Assembly (NCBI GenBank): GCA_965219685.1
Contig: CBDCOH010000002.1
Span: 1,088,001 to 1,152,000, forward strand
Length of the DNA stretch: 64,000 nucleotides
Origin: Candidatus Spongiisociaceae bacterium
GTDB taxonomy: Bacteria; Actinomycetota; Acidimicrobiia; Spongiisociales; Spongiisociaceae
Direction: 5' to 3'
This document shows, piece by piece, positions 1-9,491 of the stretch (its first letter is position 1; the number at the start of each line of letters is the position of its first letter). The notes under the pieces were generated by a model. That model did not search any database. It was not told the origin of the DNA and saw only the letters and a list, made by a program, of their open reading frames with translations. The position numbers and the translations under genes were made by a program.

Positions 1-1317
1 GCCGCGTTCCTCGGAGAGAAACCGTTCGAACGGCAGGCCCAGGCGGATGGGGTCGACCCGGGTGAGGTCAAGGCAGCGGCAGACGGCCGAGTCGGCGCCC
101 GAACCCCGTATCTGGCACATGATGTCCTGATCCCGGGCGAAGTTGACGATATCCCATACCACGAGGAAGTAGCCGGGGAAGCCGAGGCGGTGTATGACGT
201 CCAGTTCGTACGTCAGGCGGGCGACAGCTCCCGCCTCGACTCCCCCTCCCCCGTCGGGGTATACCTTCCGGGCGCCCTGGAAGGTGAGATGGCGCAGGTA
301 GTCCATTTCGGAGCGGAACCGGTCGGGCATGGGGAAGTCGGGCAGCCGGGGTGCTACCAGTCGCAGGTCGAAGGCCATTTCCCTGCCCAGCGAGGCGGCC
401 TGTTCCACCGCTCCCGGATACTTGCGGAACCGGGCCGCCATCTCGTCGGGTGATTTGAGGTAACGCTCGTCGGTAGCAGGCCGGAACCCGTCGTGCTCGG
501 TGAGGGAACGGCGCCCTCCGATGGCTGCCAGCACCTCGGACAGATCCGCGTCGCGCCGGTCGGCGTAGTGGACGTTGTTGGTGGCCACCGCGGGCAGGTT
601 CAGCCGGGCGGCTATCTCCCATAGAAGGTCGTTGCGGCGGTCGTCCTCCGGCATGCGGTGATCCCAGAGCTCGATGTGGAGACGTTGCCCGAAGATCTCC
701 CGCAGGCGGGAAGCAGCCCGGAGAGCCGCCACCTCGTCACCCCGCTGCGCTGCCCGCGGGACCGCTCCCATTCCGCATCCGGTGAGCGCCACCAGACCAC
801 CCTTGGCGGCGGCATTGGCCAGGTCCTCCCATCGGTAGACGGGGCGGTCCTTCTCCCCCCGTAGCTGGGCCAGGGAGACCAGACGGCTCAACCGGGCGTA
901 CCCCTCCGGAGAGGGTGCCAGTACCACCAGGTGTTCGGCTCTGCTGCTGTCCGCTAACGGCTTGGTCCGGTGGGTCCGACGGGTTCTCAGACCGTTGCGC
1001 CGGGCACGTTCGTCCGTCGGGATCGGGATACGGGTGGCGTCGCGCCGGGCCGCCTCCTCGAAGGGCGATGCAACTCCCTCGTCGGGTGAACCGATGGGCG
1101 GGAGCGAGAGTTCCACCCCGTACGCAGACGGCAATCCGATCTCCCTGGCGGCCTGCCAGAACCGCACCAAACCGTAGAAACCGTCATGGTCGGTGATCGC
1201 CAGAGCCTCGTACCCGAGTTTCGCGGCCCGTTCCACCATCCGTTCGGGCTGCGAAGCCCCGTCCAGGAACGAGAAGTTGGAATGGGCATGCAGTTCGGCA
1301 TAACGCGGACCCTTCAT
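1..1317 (-). CDS. dnaE2: Error-prone DNA polymerase III alpha subunit DnaE2 (5' part; runs off the left edge)
   Basis: Read manually from ATG at 1317: MKGPRYAELHAHSNFSFLDGAS...AITDHDGFYG (PHP domain) ... LGFPGYFLVVWDIV...RGSGADSAVC...LPFERFLSEERG. Lies next to imuA/imuB and has a LexA box upstream. Not in the ORF track because no stop falls in the window. Confidence 0.93.
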   Translation of the reverse strand, partial: MKGPRYAELHAHSNFSFLDGASQPERMVERAAKLGYEALAITDHDGFYGLVRFWQAAREIGLPSAYGVELSLPPIGSPDEGVASPFEEAARRDATRIPIPTDERARRNGLRTRRTHRTKPLADSSRAEHLVVLAPSPEGYARLSRLVSLAQLRGEKDRPVYRWEDLANAAAKGGLVALTGCGMGAVPRAAQRGDEVAALRAASRLREIFGQRLHIELWDHRMPEDDRRNDLLWEIAARLNLPAVATNNVHYADRRDADLSEVLAAIGGRRSLTEHDGFRPATDERYLKSPDEMAARFRKYPGAVEQAASLGREMAFDLRLVAPRLPDFPMPDRFRSEMDYLRHLTFQGARKVYPDGGGGVEAGAVARLTYELDVIHRLGFPGYFLVVWDIVNFARDQDIMCQIRGSGADSAVCRCLDLTRVDPIRLGLPFERFLSEERG

Positions 1318-1339
1318 TCCCCCAGGCTAGTCAATCTAC

Positions 1340-1353
1340 CGAACACATGTTCG
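1340..1353. promoter_or_regulatory. LexA (SOS) box upstream of dnaE2
   Basis: CGAAC-ACAT-GTTCG matches the Gram-positive/actinobacterial LexA consensus CGAAC-N4-GTTCG, 22 nt upstream of the dnaE2 start. Confidence 0.9.
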
Positions 1354-1436
1354 ATCAATCCAAAGCCTTCTGTAGTGGGTATGGGGGAGGATCCAAGCCC
1401 GTAGCCCTCACCGTAAAGGCCTTCATTGGGCTAATG

Positions 1437-1480
1437 GGCCTATAATACACTTAATATTTATGCTAATATGAATATAGGCC
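1437..1480. promoter_or_regulatory. AT-rich promoter bracketed by an 8-bp inverted repeat, upstream of the AAA_14 ATPase
   Basis: GGCCTATA(1437-1444)...TATAGGCC(1473-1480) encloses an AT-rich core containing TATAAT (1441-1446). Confidence 0.5.
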
Positions 1481-1499
1481 ACAGAGGTATGGGGAGCTG

Positions 1500-2936
1500 A
1501 TGGTTATGTGGGAACCGGCGCCCGAGGATCTGATCAGGGTTGTCAGCGAGCAGAACCCTTGGCGCTTGCTGGGTCGTGTGCCGTCGTCACTGGCTCCCCC
1601 GACGGAACGACCACTGGCATCCTCGCTATGGAAGCGGCTCCTCAGTGACCGGCCGAGACGCTACCAGTTGATACTGGGACCGCGCCGGGTTGGCAAGACT
1701 ACGGTTCTCTACCAGACGGTCCGCCACCTCCTAAACGAAGGTGTCAACCCTGGGCACATTTGGTGGCTGCGGATGGACCACCCGCTATTGATGCCGTTCG
1801 CCCTCGGTTCGATCGTACGTTCAGCGATGGATGTCCTGGATGCCGATGACGCGGCGCCGCTGTATCTGATGCTCGACGAGTTGGTGTACGCCAAGGACTG
1901 GGATCTGTGGCTTAAGACGTTCTACGACGAGCGATGGCCGGTACGGGTGGCCGCCACTTCCAGTGCTACCGCCGCGCTACGCGAGCGCCGATCAGAAAGC
2001 GGTGTGGGTAGGTGGTCAGAACGGTATCTAACTCCCTACCAATTCCCCGAATACCTTGACCTGGTGGGTCAGCGCTACGAAATCGACCCCGGTCGGACCC
2101 TCGCCGAGACGCTCCGATCCTTGCGGCAAGGCCGGTACGCCAATCTCGACCTTGTTGCGGCGCGCCGCAGGTTCATGCTGGTAGGAGGATTTCCCGAACT
2201 GCTCGCTGCCGACCGTGCAAGGGAACGCCCCGATGAGGATATCGTCCTCGAGTCTCAGCAGATCCTACGAAGCGACGCGGTAGAACGGGCTGTATACAAA
2301 GATATCCCCCAATCGTTCGGTGTCGACAACCCGATCCTGTTGGAGAGACTGTTGTACGTGCTGGCAGCACAGATGGTCGGGATACTGTCTCCTTCCAAGA
2401 TCAGCCGCGAGTTGGGTATGTCACAGCCCACCTTCGATCGGTACCTGTCGTACCTTGAACGTGCTTTCTTGGTGTTTACTCTCCCTAACTACTCGGGGCG
2501 GGAGGCAACCGTCCAGAAGAGGGGGCGTAAGCTGTACTTCTACGACGGTGCGGTCCGCAACGCTGCCCTCCAGCGGGGCCTAGCCGTGCTTGACAATCCC
2601 ACCGAACTCGGATTCCTGATCGAGAACCTCGTTGCCGCCTCGCTGCAGGCACACGCCCTACGCTCAGGAGTCCGTCTGCACCATTGGCGCGAAGGCAACA
2701 ACGAAGTTGACCTGATATACGCCCACCCGACGCAGCCGCTCGCGTTCGAGATAGCGTCCTCCCCTGGCCACAGCCGTTCAGGACTTCACCATCTCATCCA
2801 AAGGCACCATCGATTTAGGGGAGGTTGCTATCTGGTAGCACCCCAAGCCTCCGTCATCCATCCGGACGAGACCGGGATCGGCACCTTACCCCTCGACATC
2901 TTCCTGCTCGCCATCGGTACCCAATCCAATCCATAA
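1500..2936 (+). CDS. AAA_14 / DUF4143 family ATP-binding protein (ATPase, wHTH, C-terminal nuclease-like fold)
   Basis: QNPW motif, Walker A GPRRVGKTT, Walker B LMLDE, GGFPE, KLYFYDGAVRN, ENLV and EVDLI...FEI. The usual E-x-K reads EIA here. Confidence 0.85.
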   Translation: MVMWEPAPEDLIRVVSEQNPWRLLGRVPSSLAPPTERPLASSLWKRLLSDRPRRYQLILGPRRVGKTTVLYQTVRHLLNEGVNPGHIWWLRMDHPLLMPFALGSIVRSAMDVLDADDAAPLYLMLDELVYAKDWDLWLKTFYDERWPVRVAATSSATAALRERRSESGVGRWSERYLTPYQFPEYLDLVGQRYEIDPGRTLAETLRSLRQGRYANLDLVAARRRFMLVGGFPELLAADRARERPDEDIVLESQQILRSDAVERAVYKDIPQSFGVDNPILLERLLYVLAAQMVGILSPSKISRELGMSQPTFDRYLSYLERAFLVFTLPNYSGREATVQKRGRKLYFYDGAVRNAALQRGLAVLDNPTELGFLIENLVAASLQAHALRSGVRLHHWREGNNEVDLIYAHPTQPLAFEIASSPGHSRSGLHHLIQRHHRFRGGCYLVAPQASVIHPDETGIGTLPLDIFLLAIGTQSNP

Positions 2937-2955
2937 GCAGGCACCTGGCACCTGA

Positions 2956-4422
2956 TCAGTCGTAGAGGCCGACTATGGAGACCTGTTCGCCGGTTACGCG
3001 GCATAGCATGGCGCCTGCCGAGGTGACGATCTGGTAGAGGTCGCTCGGCTCCTCCTCGGCCCACCACCGGCCCATCCTTCGCCACGGACCCGCCCAGGCC
3101 ACCACCGGTTCCCACCGGCTGGCCAGGCGTACCCGGGTCGGGATGCCGGCGTCCCATTCCACATCCAGGTGTTGGGGACGGGGTGGCACCAGGCTCGGCG
3201 ACGGTTTGGGAACCTTTCCCGGCCATGGGGAACCGGGGTTACGTGCCGGTTCGGGGAACTCCTCCCCCCAGCGTGTCCACTGCACCCGCTCGGCGGGATC
3301 CCGCCCGCCCTGGGGCCGCGCCTCCAGCACCGAGTCCGGACCCAGGATGGTCCGGGTTCTCTCCAGCGCCCGTTCCGCCTCGATCCGCGCCGCGGTCGCC
3401 TCGAACAGTCCCGGCTGGTATCCCTCGTCGGACAGGTCGGCCGGGGCGAGCTTCAGGCGGGCCAGACCGCCCGGCACCCCGCCGGTCTCGGTCCATGCGC
3501 GGAGTTGCCACCAGACCCGTTCGGCCAGCGCCCGGTCGTCGAACGGTTCGGCACTCCTCCATATCCGCGATCGTGTGACCCCTTCGGCTGCTTCCGCTTC
3601 CACCTCCACCCGATGGGGCGCGATCCGGTGCTGTTCCAGCAAGCTCATTAGAACCCCGGCCAGGTGGCGGGCGGCGAATCCCACCTGCTCGAGTAGGAGG
3701 AGCGGCTCCTCGAATACCCGCTCGACCACCAGGTCGGGTGGGATGGGCCGCGGCGCGACCATCCGGTCCTCGCCGCTCGCCAGCCGGTGTGCCTTCAAGC
3801 CAGGAACGCCGAATCGGGAGGCCACTGCGTCGCGCGGAAGGGCTGCCAGGCCGCCGAGAGTGGTGACCCCCAGCCACCGGAAGGTGGCGATCAGTTCGTC
3901 GGTGGCCAAAGCGGATATGTCCAGCCCGGCCAGGAAGGCCCGGTCATCCTCCACGATCAGCTTCGATCGGGCGGATCGGGCGGCCCAGTACGCCGCGAAG
4001 GGACCTCCTGCCACCCCGAACCGGCCTCCGTCCGCCAGACGACCCACAGCCCCGGCTACCCGGTCCACCACAGCCTTCTCCCCGCCGTAGTAACGGATCG
4101 CTCCGTCGATCCGGATGAAGATCCAACCGGGTTCTATCACCTCGACTCGGGGAATCAGGTCCTCGACGGCAGCCAGTAGCGGTTCGAAGCGGCGTGTCTC
4201 ATCGGCCGGGTCGCGATCTAGGGACAGAGCCGTCGGGCAGAGCGCCTCGGCGGTACGACGCGCCATACCGGCCTTCACCCCCGCCTCCCGCGCCGGGGCG
4301 TTGACGGCCGCCACCAGGGAGCGGCCGTCCCGGGTTCCTACTACGAAGGCCGGTCTACCCGGCGGCGCGTCCGGCCTGCGGAGCACCCAGTCCGGAAACC
4401 ATACGCACAGGATGCGAGCCAT
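2956..4422 (-). CDS. imuB: ImuB, Y-family polymerase-like mutasome subunit
   Basis: LCVWFPDW, AREAGVKAGM..RTAEALCP, RYYGGE, LGVTTLGGLAALP, WPG..P.PSP, WAGPW...RWW; downstream of an imuA-like gene. Confidence 0.9.
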   Translation of the reverse strand: MARILCVWFPDWVLRRPDAPPGRPAFVVGTRDGRSLVAAVNAPAREAGVKAGMARRTAEALCPTALSLDRDPADETRRFEPLLAAVEDLIPRVEVIEPGWIFIRIDGAIRYYGGEKAVVDRVAGAVGRLADGGRFGVAGGPFAAYWAARSARSKLIVEDDRAFLAGLDISALATDELIATFRWLGVTTLGGLAALPRDAVASRFGVPGLKAHRLASGEDRMVAPRPIPPDLVVERVFEEPLLLLEQVGFAARHLAGVLMSLLEQHRIAPHRVEVEAEAAEGVTRSRIWRSAEPFDDRALAERVWWQLRAWTETGGVPGGLARLKLAPADLSDEGYQPGLFEATAARIEAERALERTRTILGPDSVLEARPQGGRDPAERVQWTRWGEEFPEPARNPGSPWPGKVPKPSPSLVPPRPQHLDVEWDAGIPTRVRLASRWEPVVAWAGPWRRMGRWWAEEEPSDLYQIVTSAGAMLCRVTGEQVSIVGLYD

Positions 4423-5002
4423 CGTCCTCCACCTCCACCACGACCCGCCGACCCGCGGCGCCCTTCCCGGATAGCTCGAGGATCAGGGTGCGGCGGTCCA
4501 AGCGTCCATGTCCCCTCCCGGCGCCTTCCCATACCTCCTGGGCCACCTGCACACGCAGGTAGGCCAACCCGGGGGGGAGCCGGCCCGCCAGCGGGCGCAG
4601 GATCACCATTGCGTCTCGGGTCCGTGTCTTGGCGCCGAGGCGTCGCAACACCGAGTCCCGGATGCCACCGGGAACTTCGGCATAGATCGCCTTGACCCCG
4701 TCGAGCAGGGCGGCGACGGCACGTGGCCACCGGGCCGGGTCGTCGCATCGCACGACCGTCAGCCCGTCGGGCGGGATACCCACCTCCCACGCCGACAGGG
4801 GGCATATCCACCCCCGGGCGTCCACCACCACCCGATGCGGATGCGGCGTCCCGGCCAGCATCGAGAAGCCGACCCGGGTAAGACCCGAGCCCGTGGATCC
4901 TTCCAACCCGACGACGCGCCCGGGTTGGATAGCCAGCAGGTCGGTGTTTCCCCGTACCGGCATGGCCGGCACCGTCACTACCGCCGCCGCACTACGAGCC
5001 AT
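4355..5002 (-). CDS. imuA: ImuA'-like RecA-fold protein
   Basis: Degenerate P-loop GSTGSGLT, AVAALLDG, GAGRGHGRL as in actinobacterial ImuA'; overlaps the imuB start; LexA box upstream. Confidence 0.8.
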   Translation of the reverse strand: MARSAAAVVTVPAMPVRGNTDLLAIQPGRVVGLEGSTGSGLTRVGFSMLAGTPHPHRVVVDARGWICPLSAWEVGIPPDGLTVVRCDDPARWPRAVAALLDGVKAIYAEVPGGIRDSVLRRLGAKTRTRDAMVILRPLAGRLPPGLAYLRVQVAQEVWEGAGRGHGRLDRRTLILELSGKGAAGRRVVVEVEDDGSHPVRMVSGLGAPQAGRAAG

Positions 5003-5066
5003 TGTCTACCTGTTTCTCCTGGTGGCGCCTACTCCCCCGCCATCCGACAGGACCGCACAGTATAGA

Positions 5067-5080
5067 CGAACATATGTTCG
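5067..5080. promoter_or_regulatory. LexA (SOS) box upstream of imuA'
   Basis: Perfect palindrome CGAACATATGTTCG, followed on the minus strand by a -10 hexamer TATACT. Confidence 0.92.
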
Positions 5081-5131
5081 GTGAATGGTGAATGGTGAAT
5101 GGTGAATGGTGTGCCGATCGCCACCAATTCA
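5081..5131. repeat. Heptamer tandem repeat (GTGAATG)x4 with a partial inverted copy (possible hairpin after ccdA)
   Basis: gtgaatg x4 at 5081-5108, then ...caccaattcac, which can pair with gtgaatggtg. Confidence 0.75.
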
Positions 5132-5884
5132 CTAAATCTCAGCTAGGCGCTCCAGTCCCAGGCGGATCATCCATTCGCTGATGAGGCTTGACAGGTCGGT
5201 GATCCTCCCGGTGATGAACAGCCATCCGAACACGATCATGAGAAGTCCCGAGACCACGTTGATCTTGCGGAGGTGACGCTGGAGCAGCCGGATACCGGAG
5301 TAGACCTTGGTCACCCCTATGCCGGCCGCGATGAACGGTATCCCCATGCCCATCGAGAAGAGGAACAGCAGGAACATTCCTCTCACGACCGTCTCCTGGG
5401 TTGCGGCCTGGGTGAGGATGGCGGCGAGGACAGGGCCGATGCACGGCGTCCATCCGAACCCGAACGCCATACCCATAACGAGAGGTGCCCATCCTCCAAG
5501 ACGGGATGGACGGACCTCGAGCCGGCGTTCCCTCGCCAGAAAGGCCAAGCGTGGCGAGTTGCCCAGTGCCATCACCAAGATGACCAACCCGAACAGCACG
5601 ATGAGCCATCCCGCCACCTGCGTGATGAGGGTCTTGTTCCGGAGCAACAGGCCTGCGATCGAGGTGGCCCCGGCACCGAGCAGTACGAACACCACGGTCA
5701 GGCCTGCTACGAACAGCGCGGTGACCCGCAGCATCCGGACGGTCGAGGCTTTCCCTTGCTGGAGTTCGGCCACCGAATACCCGGACATGAGGCCCAGGTA
5801 GCCCGGAAGCAGGGGAAGGACGCAGGGTGATACGAATGAGAGAGCCCCGAACACGAAGGCACTCAGGAAACTGGCTGGTTCCAC
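5132..5884 (-). CDS. ccdA: Cytochrome c biogenesis protein CcdA (DsbD transmembrane domain)
   Basis: SFVSPCVLPLLPGY and FGFGWTPCIGPVL motifs; about 6 TM helices. Confidence 0.93.
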   Translation of the reverse strand: MEPASFLSAFVFGALSFVSPCVLPLLPGYLGLMSGYSVAELQQGKASTVRMLRVTALFVAGLTVVFVLLGAGATSIAGLLLRNKTLITQVAGWLIVLFGLVILVMALGNSPRLAFLARERRLEVRPSRLGGWAPLVMGMAFGFGWTPCIGPVLAAILTQAATQETVVRGMFLLFLFSMGMGIPFIAAGIGVTKVYSGIRLLQRHLRKINVVSGLLMIVFGWLFITGRITDLSSLISEWMIRLGLERLAEI

Positions 5885-6095
5885 ATTCCTCTCCGAAGGC
5901 TGGCCGGGTTTGTTGCCATGCTCTCATCTTTGCAGGTGGGACGATCAACCGGTGAATGCCGGGCCGCCGGCGGCGGGCTCCGCGGGAGTGTAAGCCTCAC
6001 TAACCTACGTACATGGCCCAAGCCATACCGACGCGCCTCGGCACCCGGGCCGATCCCACCCCCCGCGATCCGGCGGAACCCCGGCAGATGACACC

Positions 6096-7328
6096 ATGAT
6101 CGGTCGCCTGATCCGGCTGTTCGGCCCGGTATCCGGGTACCGGCGCCAGGATCGTCGCCTGCTCGGTCTGATGTACCTGGTCGGCCTCTTCCAGGGCTAC
6201 GCGCAGACCCAGGCCGTGAACACCCTCCCGTTCGTCCGGATCGCCTTCGGGTTGAGCGGGGCGGAGATGAGCCGCCTGTTCGCCATCGCTCGGATCGGCG
6301 CCCTGGTCGCCGTGGTGTACGCGGTGCTGGGTGATCGGTGGGGACGCCGCGGCCCCTTCCTGCTCTCCTACCTGATGCTGCTCCTGGCGACGGGCGCCAC
6401 CGCCTTCGCCGTTGCGCCTTCCCTCTACGCCGCTCTCCAGATCTTGGCCAGGATGGGATCGGCTGCGATGGCGATGCTGGCCACCGTCCTGCTGGCCGAG
6501 CAGGTTCGCTGGGACAACCGGGCATGGGCGATCAGTTTCTACGCCACCGCGGTCGCCCTCGGATCGGGTGCCGGCCTTCTGGCGCTCCCGCTGGCGCAGA
6601 TGAACGAGAATGGCTGGCGGTTGCTCTTCGGTGCGTCGGTTCTCGGCCTGCCGTGCTACTTCCTCTTGAGCATGCGGTTGGGAGAGAGCCAGATCTTCCG
6701 GTACACGGAACGTCACACCCTCTTCATATACCCGCTGATCGGCCGCTACGCCGGACGGTTCTGGCTGGCTGCCCTCTACGGCCTGTCCATCAGCGCTTTC
6801 TCGGCGGTAGCTGTCACGTTCGCATTCGAACGGCTGGTCAACGAGTTGGGCCTCGCGAGTGCGGAGGCGGCACGGATCATGCTGATCGGAGGTACTGCCG
6901 GCGGCGCCGGCTACTTCCTGGGAGCCAGGATGGCGGACGCACTCGGCCGCAAGCCGACCATCATCGCGGCCCTCCTCACCGGTCTGGCGGGCGGGGTGGG
7001 TTTCTACTGGTGGACCAGTCCCAACCTGCTGCTGGTGTTCACGGCGCTCTCGGCATTCGGCAGTTCGGCCGCGATACCCGTCAGTGCCGCCCAGCGCACC
7101 GAACTGTTCCCCACCGAGATACGCGCCACCGCCAACCAGTGGCTCCACTCGGTGGCTGTGCTGGGATCGATCCTAGGCCTTTCGATCGCCGCCTACACGA
7201 TCGATCTGTGGAACCTGTCCCTCACGGTCACCGCGCTCGGGTCGGGTGTGGTGCTGGCTGTCATCCTCCAGACGTTGATTCCCGAGACGCTCGGAAACGA
7301 GATGGGTCAGGTGACCACCCGAACGTAG
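6096..7328 (+). CDS. MFS transporter
   Basis: Motif A-like GDRWGRR and ADALGRK, ELFPTEIRAT, C-terminal PET; about 12 TM. Confidence 0.85.
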   Translation: MIGRLIRLFGPVSGYRRQDRRLLGLMYLVGLFQGYAQTQAVNTLPFVRIAFGLSGAEMSRLFAIARIGALVAVVYAVLGDRWGRRGPFLLSYLMLLLATGATAFAVAPSLYAALQILARMGSAAMAMLATVLLAEQVRWDNRAWAISFYATAVALGSGAGLLALPLAQMNENGWRLLFGASVLGLPCYFLLSMRLGESQIFRYTERHTLFIYPLIGRYAGRFWLAALYGLSISAFSAVAVTFAFERLVNELGLASAEAARIMLIGGTAGGAGYFLGARMADALGRKPTIIAALLTGLAGGVGFYWWTSPNLLLVFTALSAFGSSAAIPVSAAQRTELFPTEIRATANQWLHSVAVLGSILGLSIAAYTIDLWNLSLTVTALGSGVVLAVILQTLIPETLGNEMGQVTTRT

Positions 7329-8632
7329 CGCCAAGCCAGCGGTAGGAGCCGCGCCAGCATGAATACCACCAGCGCCATCCAGATCCCGCCGATGGATGTC
7401 GCGGTGACCAGCAGGACGCAGGTGAGGGCGGAAGCTCCTGTCATTGCCACCGCGAGGAACCTGAAGTCGGCGGCGCCGATCATGATGCCGTCGAGGACGA
7501 ACACCACGCTGTTCAGGGGCTGGCTGATGGCCACGATGGGCATCAGCGAGGCAACCATGATGATGACCGACCGGTCGGAGGTGAACCAGCCTGGGAGGAG
7601 GTCGCGCAGCAGCCAGAAGGACACCGCCAGCACGACTCCCCACACGACACCCCACACCAGCATCCGTCTGGACAGTCGCCGGGTTGAGTTCCGATCTCTC
7701 GCCAGATGAGCTGCGACGAGGTTCTGGGCGGCGATGGCGACGGAGTCGACCACCAGGGATAGGAAGAACCAGATCTGCGCTGCCACCTGGTGGGCAGCCA
7801 CCTGGCTGACCCCGAGACGGGCAGCAGAAGCGGTTGCAACGGTGAGGGTCGCCACGAGCAGCAGGGTCCGGATCAAGAGGGACGATCCGGCGCTGACCAA
7901 CTCCCTCATATCCTCCCAGCGCGGGCGGATCCAGCGGATCGGCAGACCGGTGTGACCCGTGACGAACAGGTAGGAGAATGCTGCCGCACCGGCGGACTGG
8001 GCTACGACGGATGCGTAGCCGGCGCCGACCAGACCCCATCCGAGCCCGAATATCAGGATCGGGTCCAGTACCACGTTGATCAGGCTCAATCCGAGGCTGA
8101 CGAACATCGGGGTCCGGGTGTCTCCGAGCCCGCGGTACACCGCGTGACCGACCGTTAGCGCAAGCAGGGCCGGAAGGCCGAGCCCGCGGATACGTAGGTA
8201 CGTCACGGCCGCCCGTTCCACCTGCGGGGCCGCGCCCATCAGCCGTACCAGTTGCGGCGCGGTGGTCTCGATCACCAGCAGGCCCGCGACGACCAGCAGG
8301 GCCGCGATCAGGATCGACTGGCCCGCCAACACCGCGGCCCGATCCCGGTGCCCGGCCCCGACGGCTGCGGCGATCAGTGGAGTGCTTGCGTAAGCCAGCG
8401 CGATGAACACGAAGAAGGCAAGGTTGAGCAACCCGGTGACGACTCCGAGTGCTGCTAGAGGCTCCTGTCCCAAGCGCCCGACGAAGGCGGTGTCCACCAG
8501 CGAGACGAGCGGCTCAGCGGCCAGCGCGCCCAACGCCGGAACCGCCAGCCGGAAGATGGCCCTGTCGTCATCGTTCACCGGGAACATCGTGCGGGAGCTT
8601 ATGGTGTCGCGGCGGAAAGCCCGAGTCGACAT
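7307..8632 (-). CDS. MATE family efflux transporter (DinF-like)
   Basis: LAVPALGALAAEPLVSLVDTAFVGRLG, RGLGDTRTP, NVVLDPILIFG, AAHQV; true start may be a few codons downstream. Confidence 0.9.
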   Translation of the reverse strand: MSTRAFRRDTISSRTMFPVNDDDRAIFRLAVPALGALAAEPLVSLVDTAFVGRLGQEPLAALGVVTGLLNLAFFVFIALAYASTPLIAAAVGAGHRDRAAVLAGQSILIAALLVVAGLLVIETTAPQLVRLMGAAPQVERAAVTYLRIRGLGLPALLALTVGHAVYRGLGDTRTPMFVSLGLSLINVVLDPILIFGLGWGLVGAGYASVVAQSAGAAAFSYLFVTGHTGLPIRWIRPRWEDMRELVSAGSSLLIRTLLLVATLTVATASAARLGVSQVAAHQVAAQIWFFLSLVVDSVAIAAQNLVAAHLARDRNSTRRLSRRMLVWGVVWGVVLAVSFWLLRDLLPGWFTSDRSVIIMVASLMPIVAISQPLNSVVFVLDGIMIGAADFRFLAVAMTGASALTCVLLVTATSIGGIWMALVVFMLARLLPLAWRYVRVVT

Positions 8633-8737
8633 GATCCCCGGCCGGTCGGGTTGCTGTGGGAGGGGCCGCTGCGTTCCTCGGCTCAGGGTGTCTCAGGAGC
8701 ATCTGTGCGCCCAAACGCGCTCTAACCTTGCACCCGT

Positions 8738-9430
8738 ATGGCGGCAGGCGAGAAGCGGGCGGACGGGACCGTTCCCAGCCCGAAGGAACGGGGCTTTGCT
8801 CGGCGTATCGTGAACCGGCTGGCGATTCGATACCCCGAGATCGGCACCGCGCTGCGCTACGCGAACCCCTTCGAGTTGCTGGTCTCCACAGTGATATCGG
8901 CTCAGACCACGGACGAGAACGTGAACCGCGCCACCCCCCGATTGTTCGCACGGTGGCCGACCCCGGATGACCTGGCTGTGGCCGACCCGGATGAGGTGGA
9001 GCAGGTGATCTTCTCGACCGGTTTCTACAGGCAGAAGACCCGGTCGATCATCGCACTGTCCCAAGACCTCGTGGACCGCTACCACGGAGTGGTCCCGGAC
9101 GACATCGACGAGCTGGTGACCCTCAAGGGGGTGGGCCGCAAGACCGCCTCCGTGGTCCTGGCGGAGGCCTTCGGGCAGCCGGCGATCGCCGTCGACACCC
9201 ATGTGAGGCGGATCACCAACCGGACCGGGCTGACCCGCCACCAGGATCCCACCAAGATCGAGCAGGATCTGAAAGCGCTGGTCCCCAAGCACGAGTGGCA
9301 ACGCCTGTCCATGCGCATCATCCAATTCGGCCGGGACATATGCGAAGCTCGCCGGCCCAAGTGCTGGCGGTGCGACATCCGGAGGCTCTGTCCCTACGAG
9401 CCCAAGACACCGGTTCCGGACTCTTCCTGA
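8738..9430 (+). CDS. nth: Endonuclease III
   Basis: SAQTTD, HhH LKGVGRKTA, AVDTHV, 4Fe-4S motif CEARRPKCWRCDIRRLC. Confidence 0.96.
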   Translation: MAAGEKRADGTVPSPKERGFARRIVNRLAIRYPEIGTALRYANPFELLVSTVISAQTTDENVNRATPRLFARWPTPDDLAVADPDEVEQVIFSTGFYRQKTRSIIALSQDLVDRYHGVVPDDIDELVTLKGVGRKTASVVLAEAFGQPAIAVDTHVRRITNRTGLTRHQDPTKIEQDLKALVPKHEWQRLSMRIIQFGRDICEARRPKCWRCDIRRLCPYEPKTPVPDSS

Positions 9431-9491
9431 ATTCCCCGGAGCCCGGGACCGGGGGTCCGTGACGGCTCCACGACAGGGTAACGTTCGGCGT

